A stretch of 64,000 bases of DNA from Candidatus Woesebacteria bacterium RBG_13_46_13 (GTDB lineage Bacteria > Patescibacteriota > Microgenomatia > UBA8517): contig MGFR01000001.1 of NCBI GenBank assembly GCA_001791995.1, positions 177,148 to 241,147 of the forward strand, in the 5' to 3' direction. Shown here piece by piece: positions 49,537 through 58,215 of this stretch. How positions within the stretch are numbered: the stretch's first letter is position 1; the number at the start of each line of letters is the position of its first letter. Made by a program: the position numbers and the translations under genes. Below the pieces are notes generated by a model, which had not been told where the DNA came from, did not search any database, and saw only the letters and a program-made list of their open reading frames with translations.

Positions 49537-50466
49537 ATGAACGAACCGATGTTTGAAATAAAAGAGGAAGAAAGCCAAAAGAACTATTCTAAATTTTTCA
49601 TTTCGCCTTTAGAGCAAGGCTATGGAGACACATTGGGCAATGCTTTAAGGAGAGTTCTTTTGACCTCGCTTCCGGGAGCTGCCATTACAACCGTCAGAAT
49701 TTCGGGAGTAAAGCACCAGTTTTCAACCCTGAAAGGGATGAAAGAGGATGTGGTCGAGTTTTTACTCAATCTTAAAAAAGTCAGATTCTCTTTGGAACCA
49801 GGTGCGCTCAAAGCCGACAAACCGGTCAAGGTAACCATTTCGGTCAAAAGTTCGGGAGAGGTCAAAGCCAAAGACATTAAGGTCCCGGCGGATGTAAAGA
49901 TTGCAAACCCGGAATTCGTTTTGGCTACCCTAAATAAAGGATCAAAACTGGAGGCAGATATGGAGATTACTGCCGGTGCCGGATACTCACCTGCCGAAGA
50001 CAGGGAGAAAGGCCCGATAGGGCAAATCCCACTCGATGCCTCATATTCTCCTATTACCAGGGTAAATTATAAGGTTGAAGAAACCAGAGTTGGACGTTTA
50101 ACCAACTACGACAAGTTAATATTGGAAATTTGGACGGACGGGACAATGACACCCAAAGAGGCAGTTAAGATGGGAGCCAGGACTTTGGTTTCCTATTTTA
50201 ACCAGCTGGTTTCTCCTAAAAAGGTAGCAAAAGCGGAAGAAAAGACAGTTACCGACACGCTCGGTCCAGTAGGCAAACTCTCCGTCGAGGAGATAGGTCT
50301 ACCCACCAGGGTGGCAAACGCCCTAGTTAAAGCCGGATACGAAACCGTTGAGGAGCTTGTTGGGGCAAAGCGAGAAGATTTGGTCAAGGTCAGAAATTTG
50401 GGAGAAAAATCGATAAAGATTATTGCGGTAGCCCTTGCGGAAAAGGGTGTTAATTTAGGAGTATAA
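49537..50466 (+). CDS. rpoA: RNA polymerase alpha subunit
   Basis: PLEQGYGDTLGNALRRVLL and NLGEKS motifs; ATG 49537 preceded by AAGGAGGTGA. Confidence 0.98.
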   Translation: MNEPMFEIKEEESQKNYSKFFISPLEQGYGDTLGNALRRVLLTSLPGAAITTVRISGVKHQFSTLKGMKEDVVEFLLNLKKVRFSLEPGALKADKPVKVTISVKSSGEVKAKDIKVPADVKIANPEFVLATLNKGSKLEADMEITAGAGYSPAEDREKGPIGQIPLDASYSPITRVNYKVEETRVGRLTNYDKLILEIWTDGTMTPKEAVKMGARTLVSYFNQLVSPKKVAKAEEKTVTDTLGPVGKLSVEEIGLPTRVANALVKAGYETVEELVGAKREDLVKVRNLGEKSIKIIAVALAEKGVNLGV

Positions 50467-50472
50467 GACCAA

Positions 50473-50925
50473 ATGAGAAAGATGGTTTTCGGCAGAAAGC
50501 TTTCGCGGGGAAGGAAAGCCAGAGAAGCGCTTTTCAGATCTTTGATAAAGGCGCTGATTATCAGTGGAAAAATAACCACCACCAAGGCGAAAATCAAGGC
50601 AATCCAAGGCGAGATTGACAAGCTAATTACTCTTTCAAAGAAGGGGACTCTTTCGGCGGAGAAGAGGGTTTCGGCAATTTTGGGCAACAACAGGGTCTTG
50701 GCCCAAATCCTTTCGGGCAAGATTGTAAAGGCTTTTGGGACAAGGACAAGCGGCTTTACCAGGATGACTTTGCTTTCGAGAAGGAAAGGCGATGCCGCCG
50801 AGATGGCCAGGCTCGAATGGGTAGAAAAGATCAGTTTGGAAGAGAAAAAGCCGGCCGCCAAAGCCAAGCAAGAGACCAAAGCTCCACCGAAGAAAACAAA
50901 GAAGACAGTCAAGAAAGCGAAATAA
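50473..50925 (+). CDS. rplQ: 50S ribosomal protein L17
   Basis: GRKLSR, ITTTKAK, SGFTR and RKGDAA motifs. Confidence 0.96.
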   Translation: MRKMVFGRKLSRGRKAREALFRSLIKALIISGKITTTKAKIKAIQGEIDKLITLSKKGTLSAEKRVSAILGNNRVLAQILSGKIVKAFGTRTSGFTRMTLLSRRKGDAAEMARLEWVEKISLEEKKPAAKAKQETKAPPKKTKKTVKKAK

Positions 50926-51341
50926 TGAAAACGTATCAACCCAAAGCAAAAGAGATAACCAGAAGCTGGCATCTTCTGGATGCCAAGGACAAAGTCTTAG
51001 GCAGGCTCTCGACCGAGATTGCCAAGTTTTTAATGGGTAAGCAGAAGCCCGCCTACTCCGCACACATGGATTCGGGCGACTTTGTGGTAGTGGTTAATTG
51101 CGAAAAAGTGTTTGTAACCGGAAAGAAGGCCCAACAGAAGCTTTATCGGGGTCACTCCGGCTATCCCAAAGGATTTAAGGAGGTTAGCTACGTCAAAATG
51201 CTTAAAGAACACCCCGAAAGAATCATCGAGCATGCGGTTTCCGGAATGTTACCGGATAATCGTTTAAAAAGAGACAGAATGGCGAGGTTAACGGTAGTTG
51301 CGGGAGAAGATAATCCGTACAAGGATAAATTTAAGCAATAA
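50925..51341 (+). CDS. rplM: 50S ribosomal protein L13
   Basis: TAATG overlap; WHLLDA, LGRLST, GDFVVVVN and AVSGMLP motifs. Confidence 0.97.
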   Translation: MKTYQPKAKEITRSWHLLDAKDKVLGRLSTEIAKFLMGKQKPAYSAHMDSGDFVVVVNCEKVFVTGKKAQQKLYRGHSGYPKGFKEVSYVKMLKEHPERIIEHAVSGMLPDNRLKRDRMARLTVVAGEDNPYKDKFKQ

Positions 51342-51751
51342 TGGCAAAAACTAAAAAACAAACTTATATTTCCGCAGTAGGAAAAAGAAAAACCGCCTCG
51401 GCCCGCGTCAGACTTTATAAAGGCAAAGGCGAAAATATGGTAAACGCTCTTCCTATGGAAAAATATTTTCCGGGCAAGGTTAACCTCGCGCATTGGCAAA
51501 AACCGTTCGTCTTAACCGAAACACTCGATAAATATTATGTCAGCGTCAAGGTTACCGGCAGCGGCAAGGAAGCTCAACTTGAGGCCATGGTTTTGGGAAT
51601 AGCCAGAGCGTTCTCGGAGGCAAATACGGAAAAGTTCAGACTGACCTTAAAGAAAGCGGGGCTTGTCAAAAGAGACTCGAGGAAAAGACAACGACGCATG
51701 GTGGGAACCGGTGGCAAATCCAGACGCAAGAAACAAAGTCCGAAGAGATAA
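51341..51751 (+). CDS. rpsI: 30S ribosomal protein S9
   Basis: GKRKTASARV, LGIARA, RDSR and C-terminal QSPKR motifs. Confidence 0.97.
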   Translation: MAKTKKQTYISAVGKRKTASARVRLYKGKGENMVNALPMEKYFPGKVNLAHWQKPFVLTETLDKYYVSVKVTGSGKEAQLEAMVLGIARAFSEANTEKFRLTLKKAGLVKRDSRKRQRRMVGTGGKSRRKKQSPKR

Positions 51752-51779
51752 TTAGCTTCACTGTGTTATAATTTTACCC

Positions 51780-53063
51780 ATGCGCGCTAAAGCCGGAATT
51801 ACACTCCCCAAAGGCACAAAAGTTCCAGACCACATCGCGATTATTCCCGACGGCAACCGCCGTTGGGCCAGAGCCAGAGGACTCCCGACTCTCCAAGGCC
51901 ACAAAAAAGGATTTGACGCTGCAGTACTTGTTTCCAGGGCAGCCAGAGATATCGGTATCCATACCGTAACCATGTGGGGATTTTCAACGGACAATTGGGA
52001 TCGGGCAAAAGAGGAAATAAATTATCTAATGAAGCTTTATGCCAAACTGGTAGACGATTATCTTAAGGACGCAAAGAAAGACAATGTCAAAATAGTTCAC
52101 CTTGGCAGAAAAGACAGGCTTCCCCAACTCCTTCTTAAAAAGATTGCTTTTGCGGAAGAAACAACCAAGGATAACTCCAAATATATTATGAATATCGCCA
52201 TCGATTACGGTGGCCAGGACGATATCATCCGGGCCACCCAAAGCATGATCAAAGATGGGGTCAAAGCCGAACAGGTAGACAAAGCTCTTTTTGAAAAATA
52301 CTTGGATACGAAAGACCAGCCCTATCCTTATGTCGATTTGATAATTAGATCATCGGGTGAACAAAGGACCAGCGGATTTTTGCTTTGGCAGTCCGCTTAT
52401 GCGGAAACATATTGGGAAAACGACCATTTTCCCGACTTCACACCCGAAAAGCTTAAGGCAGCCATTCTCGACTATTCGAGACGCAGAAGAAGGTTTGGAG
52501 GTAATGATGCCGAGGAACACCTCAAATTTAACCCCGAGGTCGTTGCTAAACTTGAAGTTGCCTGGTGGAGATTAAGGAAGATTCCCGAGGGGACGCGCTT
52601 TAGGGATTACGCCTTTAAACACCTAAGAGAGCAGTACGGATTTTCAAAGCACATCGCCAAGAAAGCCGCCAAGTATTTACTTACCGCATTTTTGGAGCAG
52701 GACAACGGCAGAAACTGGGAAAAGGCCATGCGGGAGGTCGGCAAGTTTTACTCTCTTTTAAGAGAAGAGCTGAAGCTGGCCTTTGAGCCGTCCTTGGTTG
52801 CTTCCTTGGAAGTTAAGATGTGGAGGGACCTGGAGGGCAAGGACGAGGTCCGTTCTGCGGGTGAGGCAGAAGAGACCGCCAGAGAGCTTTACGCGGAAGT
52901 CTATAGAATATCTCTTCTGCAGGCAGCCAAAGCGGCCCATTTAAGGGTTATGGCCAATATCGAGCGGGGTTTGGCCGAGCGGGGATTCGGAGACAAACAC
53001 TGGGCCAGGGCAGAGGACTACTTGGAGAAATTCTACCGTGCCCTCAAGGAAAGAGTTGCCTAA
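51780..53063 (+). CDS. uppS: Undecaprenyl diphosphate synthase fused to a duplicated C-terminal helical domain
   Basis: HIAIIPDGNRRWA, FSTDNWDR and DLIIRSSGEQRTSGFLLWQ motifs; about 180 extra C-terminal residues. Confidence 0.93.
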   Translation: MRAKAGITLPKGTKVPDHIAIIPDGNRRWARARGLPTLQGHKKGFDAAVLVSRAARDIGIHTVTMWGFSTDNWDRAKEEINYLMKLYAKLVDDYLKDAKKDNVKIVHLGRKDRLPQLLLKKIAFAEETTKDNSKYIMNIAIDYGGQDDIIRATQSMIKDGVKAEQVDKALFEKYLDTKDQPYPYVDLIIRSSGEQRTSGFLLWQSAYAETYWENDHFPDFTPEKLKAAILDYSRRRRRFGGNDAEEHLKFNPEVVAKLEVAWWRLRKIPEGTRFRDYAFKHLREQYGFSKHIAKKAAKYLLTAFLEQDNGRNWEKAMREVGKFYSLLREELKLAFEPSLVASLEVKMWRDLEGKDEVRSAGEAEETARELYAEVYRISLLQAAKAAHLRVMANIERGLAERGFGDKHWARAEDYLEKFYRALKERVA

Positions 53064-53782
53064 GGGAAGACAAAAAGCTTCAAGCCCAAGACCAAGAGAA
53101 ATATCGCGATTAAATTCTTGAATATTTTTTGAGGAAGCCTATCCACAATCTTCTTGGCAATCCAGGCCCCCAAGAGTGATGCCGGGATAAATACCGCCAA
53201 TCCCCAAGAAAGCGGCGCATTTATTCTGGTTCCGCCAATAAAATAGGTGGTTATTCTTGAGGCATCAATTACCGCTCCCAAAAGCCCCGAGGTAAATATA
53301 TAAGTGGACTTGGGAACGTTGAAGGCCGTCAAAACGATAGCCCTTAAGGCTCCGCCACCAACCCCGGTTAGTCCCCCCAGAAATCCCGAGCCTGCCCCGC
53401 CGAAAGCTGAGGCAAGAACGGATTTTTTGATTCTGAACGTTGGCCGGAAAAGAAGATAGACCACGTAAGAAATCAAAATTGCCCCCACCAGACGCGAGAG
53501 CAGTTTTTCGGGAAGGGTCAAAACCAGGCTCGCTCCAAAGTAAGCCATAATTACCCCGGGAATTCCGAATGAAATCAAAAGCTTCCAGTCGATTCCTTTT
53601 TTGAAAAAGTACATTTTCCAAATGTCTCCAAACCAGTGGATAATACCTACCAAAAGCAGGGTTTCGGGAAGAGGCAGAAAGAAAAGCACAACAGGAACCA
53701 TGATTGTGGAAATTCCGAAGCCGCTGATTGTACCCAAAATACTGGCCAAGAGAGTTAGGGCGCTGATTGCGAGAATTTCCAT
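53060..53782 (-). CDS. TauE/SafE (TSUP) family membrane protein
   Basis: About 8 TMs; GTISGFG...P and GFLGGLTGVGGG repeats. Confidence 0.88.
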   Translation of the reverse strand: MEILAISALTLLASILGTISGFGISTIMVPVVLFFLPLPETLLLVGIIHWFGDIWKMYFFKKGIDWKLLISFGIPGVIMAYFGASLVLTLPEKLLSRLVGAILISYVVYLLFRPTFRIKKSVLASAFGGAGSGFLGGLTGVGGGALRAIVLTAFNVPKSTYIFTSGLLGAVIDASRITTYFIGGTRINAPLSWGLAVFIPASLLGAWIAKKIVDRLPQKIFKNLIAIFLLVLGLKLFVFP

Positions 53783-53817
53783 TTAAGGGGGTATCTTGAT
53801 AAAATATACCAGATTTC

Positions 53818-53888
53818 CGGGGAGTAGTTTAACGGTAGAATAGGCGCATGGGGTGCGTCTGGACGGAGTTCAATTCTCCGCTCCCCGA
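53818..53888 (+). tRNA. tRNA-Pro(GGG), CCA not encoded
   Basis: Acceptor stem CGGGGAG/CTCCCCG, anticodon arm GGCGC-ATGGGGT-GCGTC, T arm CGGAG-TTCAATT-CTCCG, discriminator A. Confidence 0.93.
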
Positions 53889-53939
53889 CACGTTTTTCCT
53901 TCTTGAATTTAATCTGGCTGCGTAGTAAAAGGAAACGCT

Positions 53940-55019
53940 ATGGCCAAAAAGAAGAAAGAACTTCAGGAAACCAAACGCCAAGAGGCCGGCTCGGCAAAAC
54001 TTCAGGCGATACGCCTCGCCATGGATCAGATCGAAAAGCAATACGGACGGGGTTCGATTATGAGATTGGGTGAAAGAGGAGGGGATAAATACAAGATAGA
54101 AGTGGTTTCCACCGGCTCCATTGCCCTTGATTTGGCTCTTGGGGTGGGTGGGCTGCCTCGGGGTAGGATTACCGAAATTTACGGACCGGAAGCATCAGGC
54201 AAGACCACACTGGCCCTATCCGTAATTGCCGAGGCGCAGAAAAAAGGTGGACAGGCGGCCTTTGTTGACGCGGAACATGCATTGGATCCCGAAAGGGCGG
54301 AGACCATCGGAGTTGATTTGGATAACCTCTTGATGAGCCAGCCGGATACGGGAGAGCAGGCGCTGGAGATTACCGAAACCCTAATCCGCTCCGGAGGGCT
54401 GGATGTTGTGGTTATCGATTCCGTAGCGGCTCTGGTGCCCAGGGCGGAGCTGGAAGGGGAAATGGGCGATGCCCAGATGGGGATGCAGGCCCGTTTGATG
54501 AGCCAGGCTTTAAGAAAGCTTACCGGTGCAATTTCCAAATCCAAGACGGTTCTGATATTTACCAACCAACTGCGGCAAAAAATCGGGGTGATGTTCGGTA
54601 ACCCCGAAACAACCCCCGGAGGTCTGGCTTTGAAGTTTTACTCTTCGGTCAGAATCGACCTAAGAAGGATAGAGGTCTTAAAAGACGGAGAACAGGTAAT
54701 CGGATCCCGCCATCGGGCCAGGGTTGTCAAAAATAAAGTTGCGCCTCCTCTAAGGGTTGCGGAATTCGATATCATGGAAAAGGAAGGAATGTCCCGTGCC
54801 GGGGGAATCTTGGATGTCGCCGTTAATTTAGGTATTGTTACCAAAAGCGGGTCATTTTTCAATTACGAGGGAAAACCTCTAGCCCAAGGTCGGGAAGGGG
54901 CCAAGGCCTACTTAGAAGAGCACACCAGATTTGCCGAGGAGCTAGATAAGAAAATTAGAGATATGGTCGCCTCCGGCAAAAAACTCCCCAAGGAATTAGG
55001 AGAAGAAAAGGGGGAATAG
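53940..55019 (+). CDS. recA: Recombinase RecA
   Basis: [27 protein letters not shown] and GNPETTPGG motifs. Confidence 0.99.
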   Translation: MAKKKKELQETKRQEAGSAKLQAIRLAMDQIEKQYGRGSIMRLGERGGDKYKIEVVSTGSIALDLALGVGGLPRGRITEIYGPEASGKTTLALSVIAEAQKKGGQAAFVDAEHALDPERAETIGVDLDNLLMSQPDTGEQALEITETLIRSGGLDVVVIDSVAALVPRAELEGEMGDAQMGMQARLMSQALRKLTGAISKSKTVLIFTNQLRQKIGVMFGNPETTPGGLALKFYSSVRIDLRRIEVLKDGEQVIGSRHRARVVKNKVAPPLRVAEFDIMEKEGMSRAGGILDVAVNLGIVTKSGSFFNYEGKPLAQGREGAKAYLEEHTRFAEELDKKIRDMVASGKKLPKELGEEKGE

Positions 55020-55024
55020 CCCCG

Positions 55025-55636
55025 ATGCCAGTCATCACGGCAGTTAAGCCTCAAAGGAATAAAAAGCGCCTAAATATCTATCTGGACGGAAAATTCGGAT
55101 TTGGGATAGACTTGGAAAACTTCCTCAGGCTGGGATTAAAAGTCGAAGAGGAATTATCCGAAGAAGATATCGAGGAAATTGTCAAAAAGGCGGAGTTTCA
55201 GAAAACGCTGGACAAACTGTTAAGGTTTGCCACCCTAAGACCCAGAAGCGAGAAAGAGATAAACTACTGGTTTAAGAAACAAAAAGTCCACGAAAGTATT
55301 ATTCCCAAACTTTTCGAAAGAATTAAACATCTGGACTTAGTCGATGATGAGGCCTTCTCTGGCTGGTGGATTGAGCAGAGACTGACCTTTAAGCCGAAAG
55401 GAGTCAGGGCCTTAAGGCAGGAACTTAGACAAAAGGGGATAGCCAAAGAGATAGTAGATAAGGTCCTGGCCAAGACAAAAATCGATGAAGTCGGAATGGC
55501 CAAGGAACTGATGCAAAAAAAGGCTTATAAGTGGCAAAACCTGCCCAAGAGGGAGGCACGGCTGAAGATGTCCCAATTTCTGGCCAGAAAGGGATTTGCC
55601 TGGGAGGTAATTGAAAAGGTTGTCGAGAAGAGGTAA
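55025..55636 (+). CDS. recX: Regulatory protein RecX
   Basis: RPRSEKE, LRQELRQKGI and FLARKGF motifs; follows recA. Confidence 0.93.
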   Translation: MPVITAVKPQRNKKRLNIYLDGKFGFGIDLENFLRLGLKVEEELSEEDIEEIVKKAEFQKTLDKLLRFATLRPRSEKEINYWFKKQKVHESIIPKLFERIKHLDLVDDEAFSGWWIEQRLTFKPKGVRALRQELRQKGIAKEIVDKVLAKTKIDEVGMAKELMQKKAYKWQNLPKREARLKMSQFLARKGFAWEVIEKVVEKR

Positions 55637-55730
55637 AATAGGCTCGGAGTGAAAGAACCAATGTTGAAGAAGACGCTTTTGGTTTCTTCGATCAGCCCGG
55701 TTGAATAACCGGCAGGGCTTCTTTTGCTCC
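55611..55730 (+). promoter_or_regulatory. rny promoter and three-way-junction 5' UTR
   Basis: TTGAAA 55611-55616, 17 nt, TAAAAT 55634-55639; closing stem GGAGTGAAAGA 55646-55656 / TCTTTTGCTCC 55720-55730 enclosing two hairpins. Confidence 0.65.
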
Positions 55731-55737
55731 CAAGATT

Positions 55738-56982
55738 ATGGCAGATGACGACATCAAGATATTAGTTGAAGATTTAAGGCACGACAGAGAGAATCTCGAA
55801 AAGCGCCGCGAGGCTCTGAAAAAGAGGGAAGAAGAACTTGTTTCCCGCCTGGAAAAAGCCTCTAATATGACCGCCGATGAGGCCAAAAAGATTCTTTTGG
55901 ATGAGATCCAGAGTGAGCTGACCGCGGAGGTTGCCCAAAAGATCAGAAAATCCGAAGAGCGGATCAAAGAAGACGCCAACGAGAAAGCCAAGGAAATCTT
56001 AATCGATGCGATGAAGCACGGGGCAACCGATTATGTGGCCGAATTTACCGTCTCCAGCTTCGTTTTGCCCAACGAAGACGTCAAGGGAAGAATAATCGGT
56101 GCTGGAGGCAGAAACATCAGAACCTTCGAAAGGGAAACCGGAGTTGAAATCGAGATCGATGAGAGTAACGAAATCAGACTTTCCTCTTTCGATTCGGTCC
56201 GGCGCGAAATTGCCAAAAGAGCTTTGGAACGTCTGATCAAAGACGCCAGAATCCAGCCTTCGAGAATCGAAGAGGTGGTCAAGGAAGTCAAAAAAGAAGT
56301 CGACGATATTATTTTGGAAGAAGGTAAAAGGATAACCCACGAATGTGGAGTCTATAACCTGCCGATGGATCTTATTAATTTAATCGGCAGATATAAATTT
56401 AGGACTTCTTACGGCCAGAATCTGGCGATTCATACGATTGAAGAGACCAAGATAGGTATCTCCATTGCCAATGAGGTGGGGGCGAATGTTGATATCGTCC
56501 GGTTGGGATGTTTGCTGCACGACATCGGTAAAGTTGTAACCGACGAAGAAGGAACCCACGTCGATGTGGGGGTCAGTACCATCAAAAAATTCGGCCTTCC
56601 CAAGGAAATAATTGCCTGCGTAGCCGAGCACCATGAAGACAAACCTTTTTCTTCGGTAGAATCAACCATTGTTTGGGTGGCCGATGCCATTTCCGGTTCC
56701 CGCCCCGGAGCCAGATATGAACCCCACGAAGAGTATGTGACCAGAATGAGCAAAATCGAAGAGATAGCCGGCTCCTTTTCTGGAGTGGATTCCGCCATGG
56801 CATTTCAGGCAGGCCGTGATGTCAGGGTTATCGTTAAACCGGATGAGGTGGATGACGATAAAATAACCGTCTTGGCCCACGAGATAGCCCAGAAATTGGA
56901 AAAGGAAGCCCAATATGCGGGTCAGATTAAAGTCACGGTAATTAGGGAAGTCAGGGCATCGGATACGACCAAGGCCCACTAA
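55738..56982 (+). CDS. rny: Ribonuclease Y without N-terminal membrane anchor
   Basis: KH domain KGRIIGAGGRNIR, RTSYGQN, HD motif LLHDIGK, ADAISGSRPGAR and IKVTVIRE. Confidence 0.95.
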   Translation: MADDDIKILVEDLRHDRENLEKRREALKKREEELVSRLEKASNMTADEAKKILLDEIQSELTAEVAQKIRKSEERIKEDANEKAKEILIDAMKHGATDYVAEFTVSSFVLPNEDVKGRIIGAGGRNIRTFERETGVEIEIDESNEIRLSSFDSVRREIAKRALERLIKDARIQPSRIEEVVKEVKKEVDDIILEEGKRITHECGVYNLPMDLINLIGRYKFRTSYGQNLAIHTIEETKIGISIANEVGANVDIVRLGCLLHDIGKVVTDEEGTHVDVGVSTIKKFGLPKEIIACVAEHHEDKPFSSVESTIVWVADAISGSRPGARYEPHEEYVTRMSKIEEIAGSFSGVDSAMAFQAGRDVRVIVKPDEVDDDKITVLAHEIAQKLEKEAQYAGQIKVTVIREVRASDTTKAH

Positions 56983-56995
56983 GACCCCTTCTCCT

Positions 56996-57862
56996 ATGAA
57001 AAAGAAAGAATTTTTTCTGTTTCTACTTTTGGTAACAGTTTTTTTCGGGCTATATCTTTTGGCCAAAAACATTTTTTTCCCGACAAATCTCAAAAGGATT
57101 ACGCCTGAAAAAATCGCCCAAAACTATCCTTTATCTACACCGACTCCGATCCCAACCCCAAAGCCCTTAAGCTTTACCGAAATGAATGCACTCTATGGAC
57201 CTTGTGTGGGTTTGCCCACTCTGATGTATCACCATGTTCAAGACGCAGCGGCGGCCAAGGAGAAAAACCAGTCAGGCTTAACCGTAACGACCGAAACCTT
57301 CGGGGAACAAATGAAATACCTAAAAGAGAGAGGTTATCAAAGCGTTTATATGTCCGATTTGGTTAATTTCTTTGCCGGGACGGGTCGAGTTCCCGCCAAA
57401 AGCATTTTGATCACCTTTGACGATGCTTATGACGATTTTGCGATCAACGCGGTTCCGATCTTAAGAGAATTTGGCTTTAAGGCCACGCTTTTCGTACCGA
57501 CGGGGCTGATCGATAATCCCGGTTATTTAAGCTGGCAAACGCTTAAGGATTTAGCCGGAGCCGGGGATATTCTTTTCGCAAACCATACCTGGTCGCATCG
57601 CAATGTCGGGGCGGATAAGGCGGAGGTTGAAAGGGAAATTACAACCGCAGACTTGCAACTTGAGGAAAAGGGCTTAAATACCCCCAAGATTTTTGCCTAT
57701 CCCTATGGTCTTGAAAGCGCCAATGCCAAAACAATACTCCAAAGCTTAGGCTACAAATTGGCCTTTACCACCAGACCCGGATCGACGCTCTGCCAAAAGC
57801 AGAGCCTCGATCTTCCCAGAATAAGAATCGGTAATGTTTCCATTTCTTCCTACGGTTTTTGA
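56996..57862 (+). CDS. Polysaccharide deacetylase (CE4), membrane anchored
   Basis: N-terminal TM, PT linker, LMYHHV, ITFDD, HTWSH and FAYPYG motifs. Confidence 0.92.
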   Translation: MKKKEFFLFLLLVTVFFGLYLLAKNIFFPTNLKRITPEKIAQNYPLSTPTPIPTPKPLSFTEMNALYGPCVGLPTLMYHHVQDAAAAKEKNQSGLTVTTETFGEQMKYLKERGYQSVYMSDLVNFFAGTGRVPAKSILITFDDAYDDFAINAVPILREFGFKATLFVPTGLIDNPGYLSWQTLKDLAGAGDILFANHTWSHRNVGADKAEVEREITTADLQLEEKGLNTPKIFAYPYGLESANAKTILQSLGYKLAFTTRPGSTLCQKQSLDLPRIRIGNVSISSYGF

Positions 57863-57917
57863 AAAAGTGCCCAGAACTTGACTTTTTTTCTCCCTTAATC
57901 TATCCTGTTGAGCAGTT

Positions 57918-58193
57918 ATGACCAAAAGAGAATTGGTAGACCTCGTTGCCCGAAAAGCCCACTTAACCAAAAGGGCCGCAATTGAAGCGGTCGATGTTTT
58001 CCTCGGTGAGGTAGGCAGGGTTCTTTCCAAAGGAGAAAAGGTGGTTCTTTCCGGATTCGGAACATTCAGGGTTATCTCCATGAAGGGTAAAACCGTAAAG
58101 ATTCCCAGGACGGATAAAATGGTAACCATCAAAGCCCATCGTTCTCCCCGCTTCACTCCTGGCAAGAAGCTAAAAAGACAAGTCTCCAGATAA
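57918..58193 (+). CDS. hup: HU family DNA-binding protein
   Basis: MTKRELV, GFGTF and PRFTPGKKLK motifs. Confidence 0.93.
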   Translation: MTKRELVDLVARKAHLTKRAAIEAVDVFLGEVGRVLSKGEKVVLSGFGTFRVISMKGKTVKIPRTDKMVTIKAHRSPRFTPGKKLKRQVSR

Positions 58194-58215
58194 TTGTTGT
58201 AGTATACTTTCATAG

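Noticed and set aside
53060-53888. Integrated element at tRNA-Pro
   Set aside because: No integrase and no duplicated tRNA end noticed; recA follows directly
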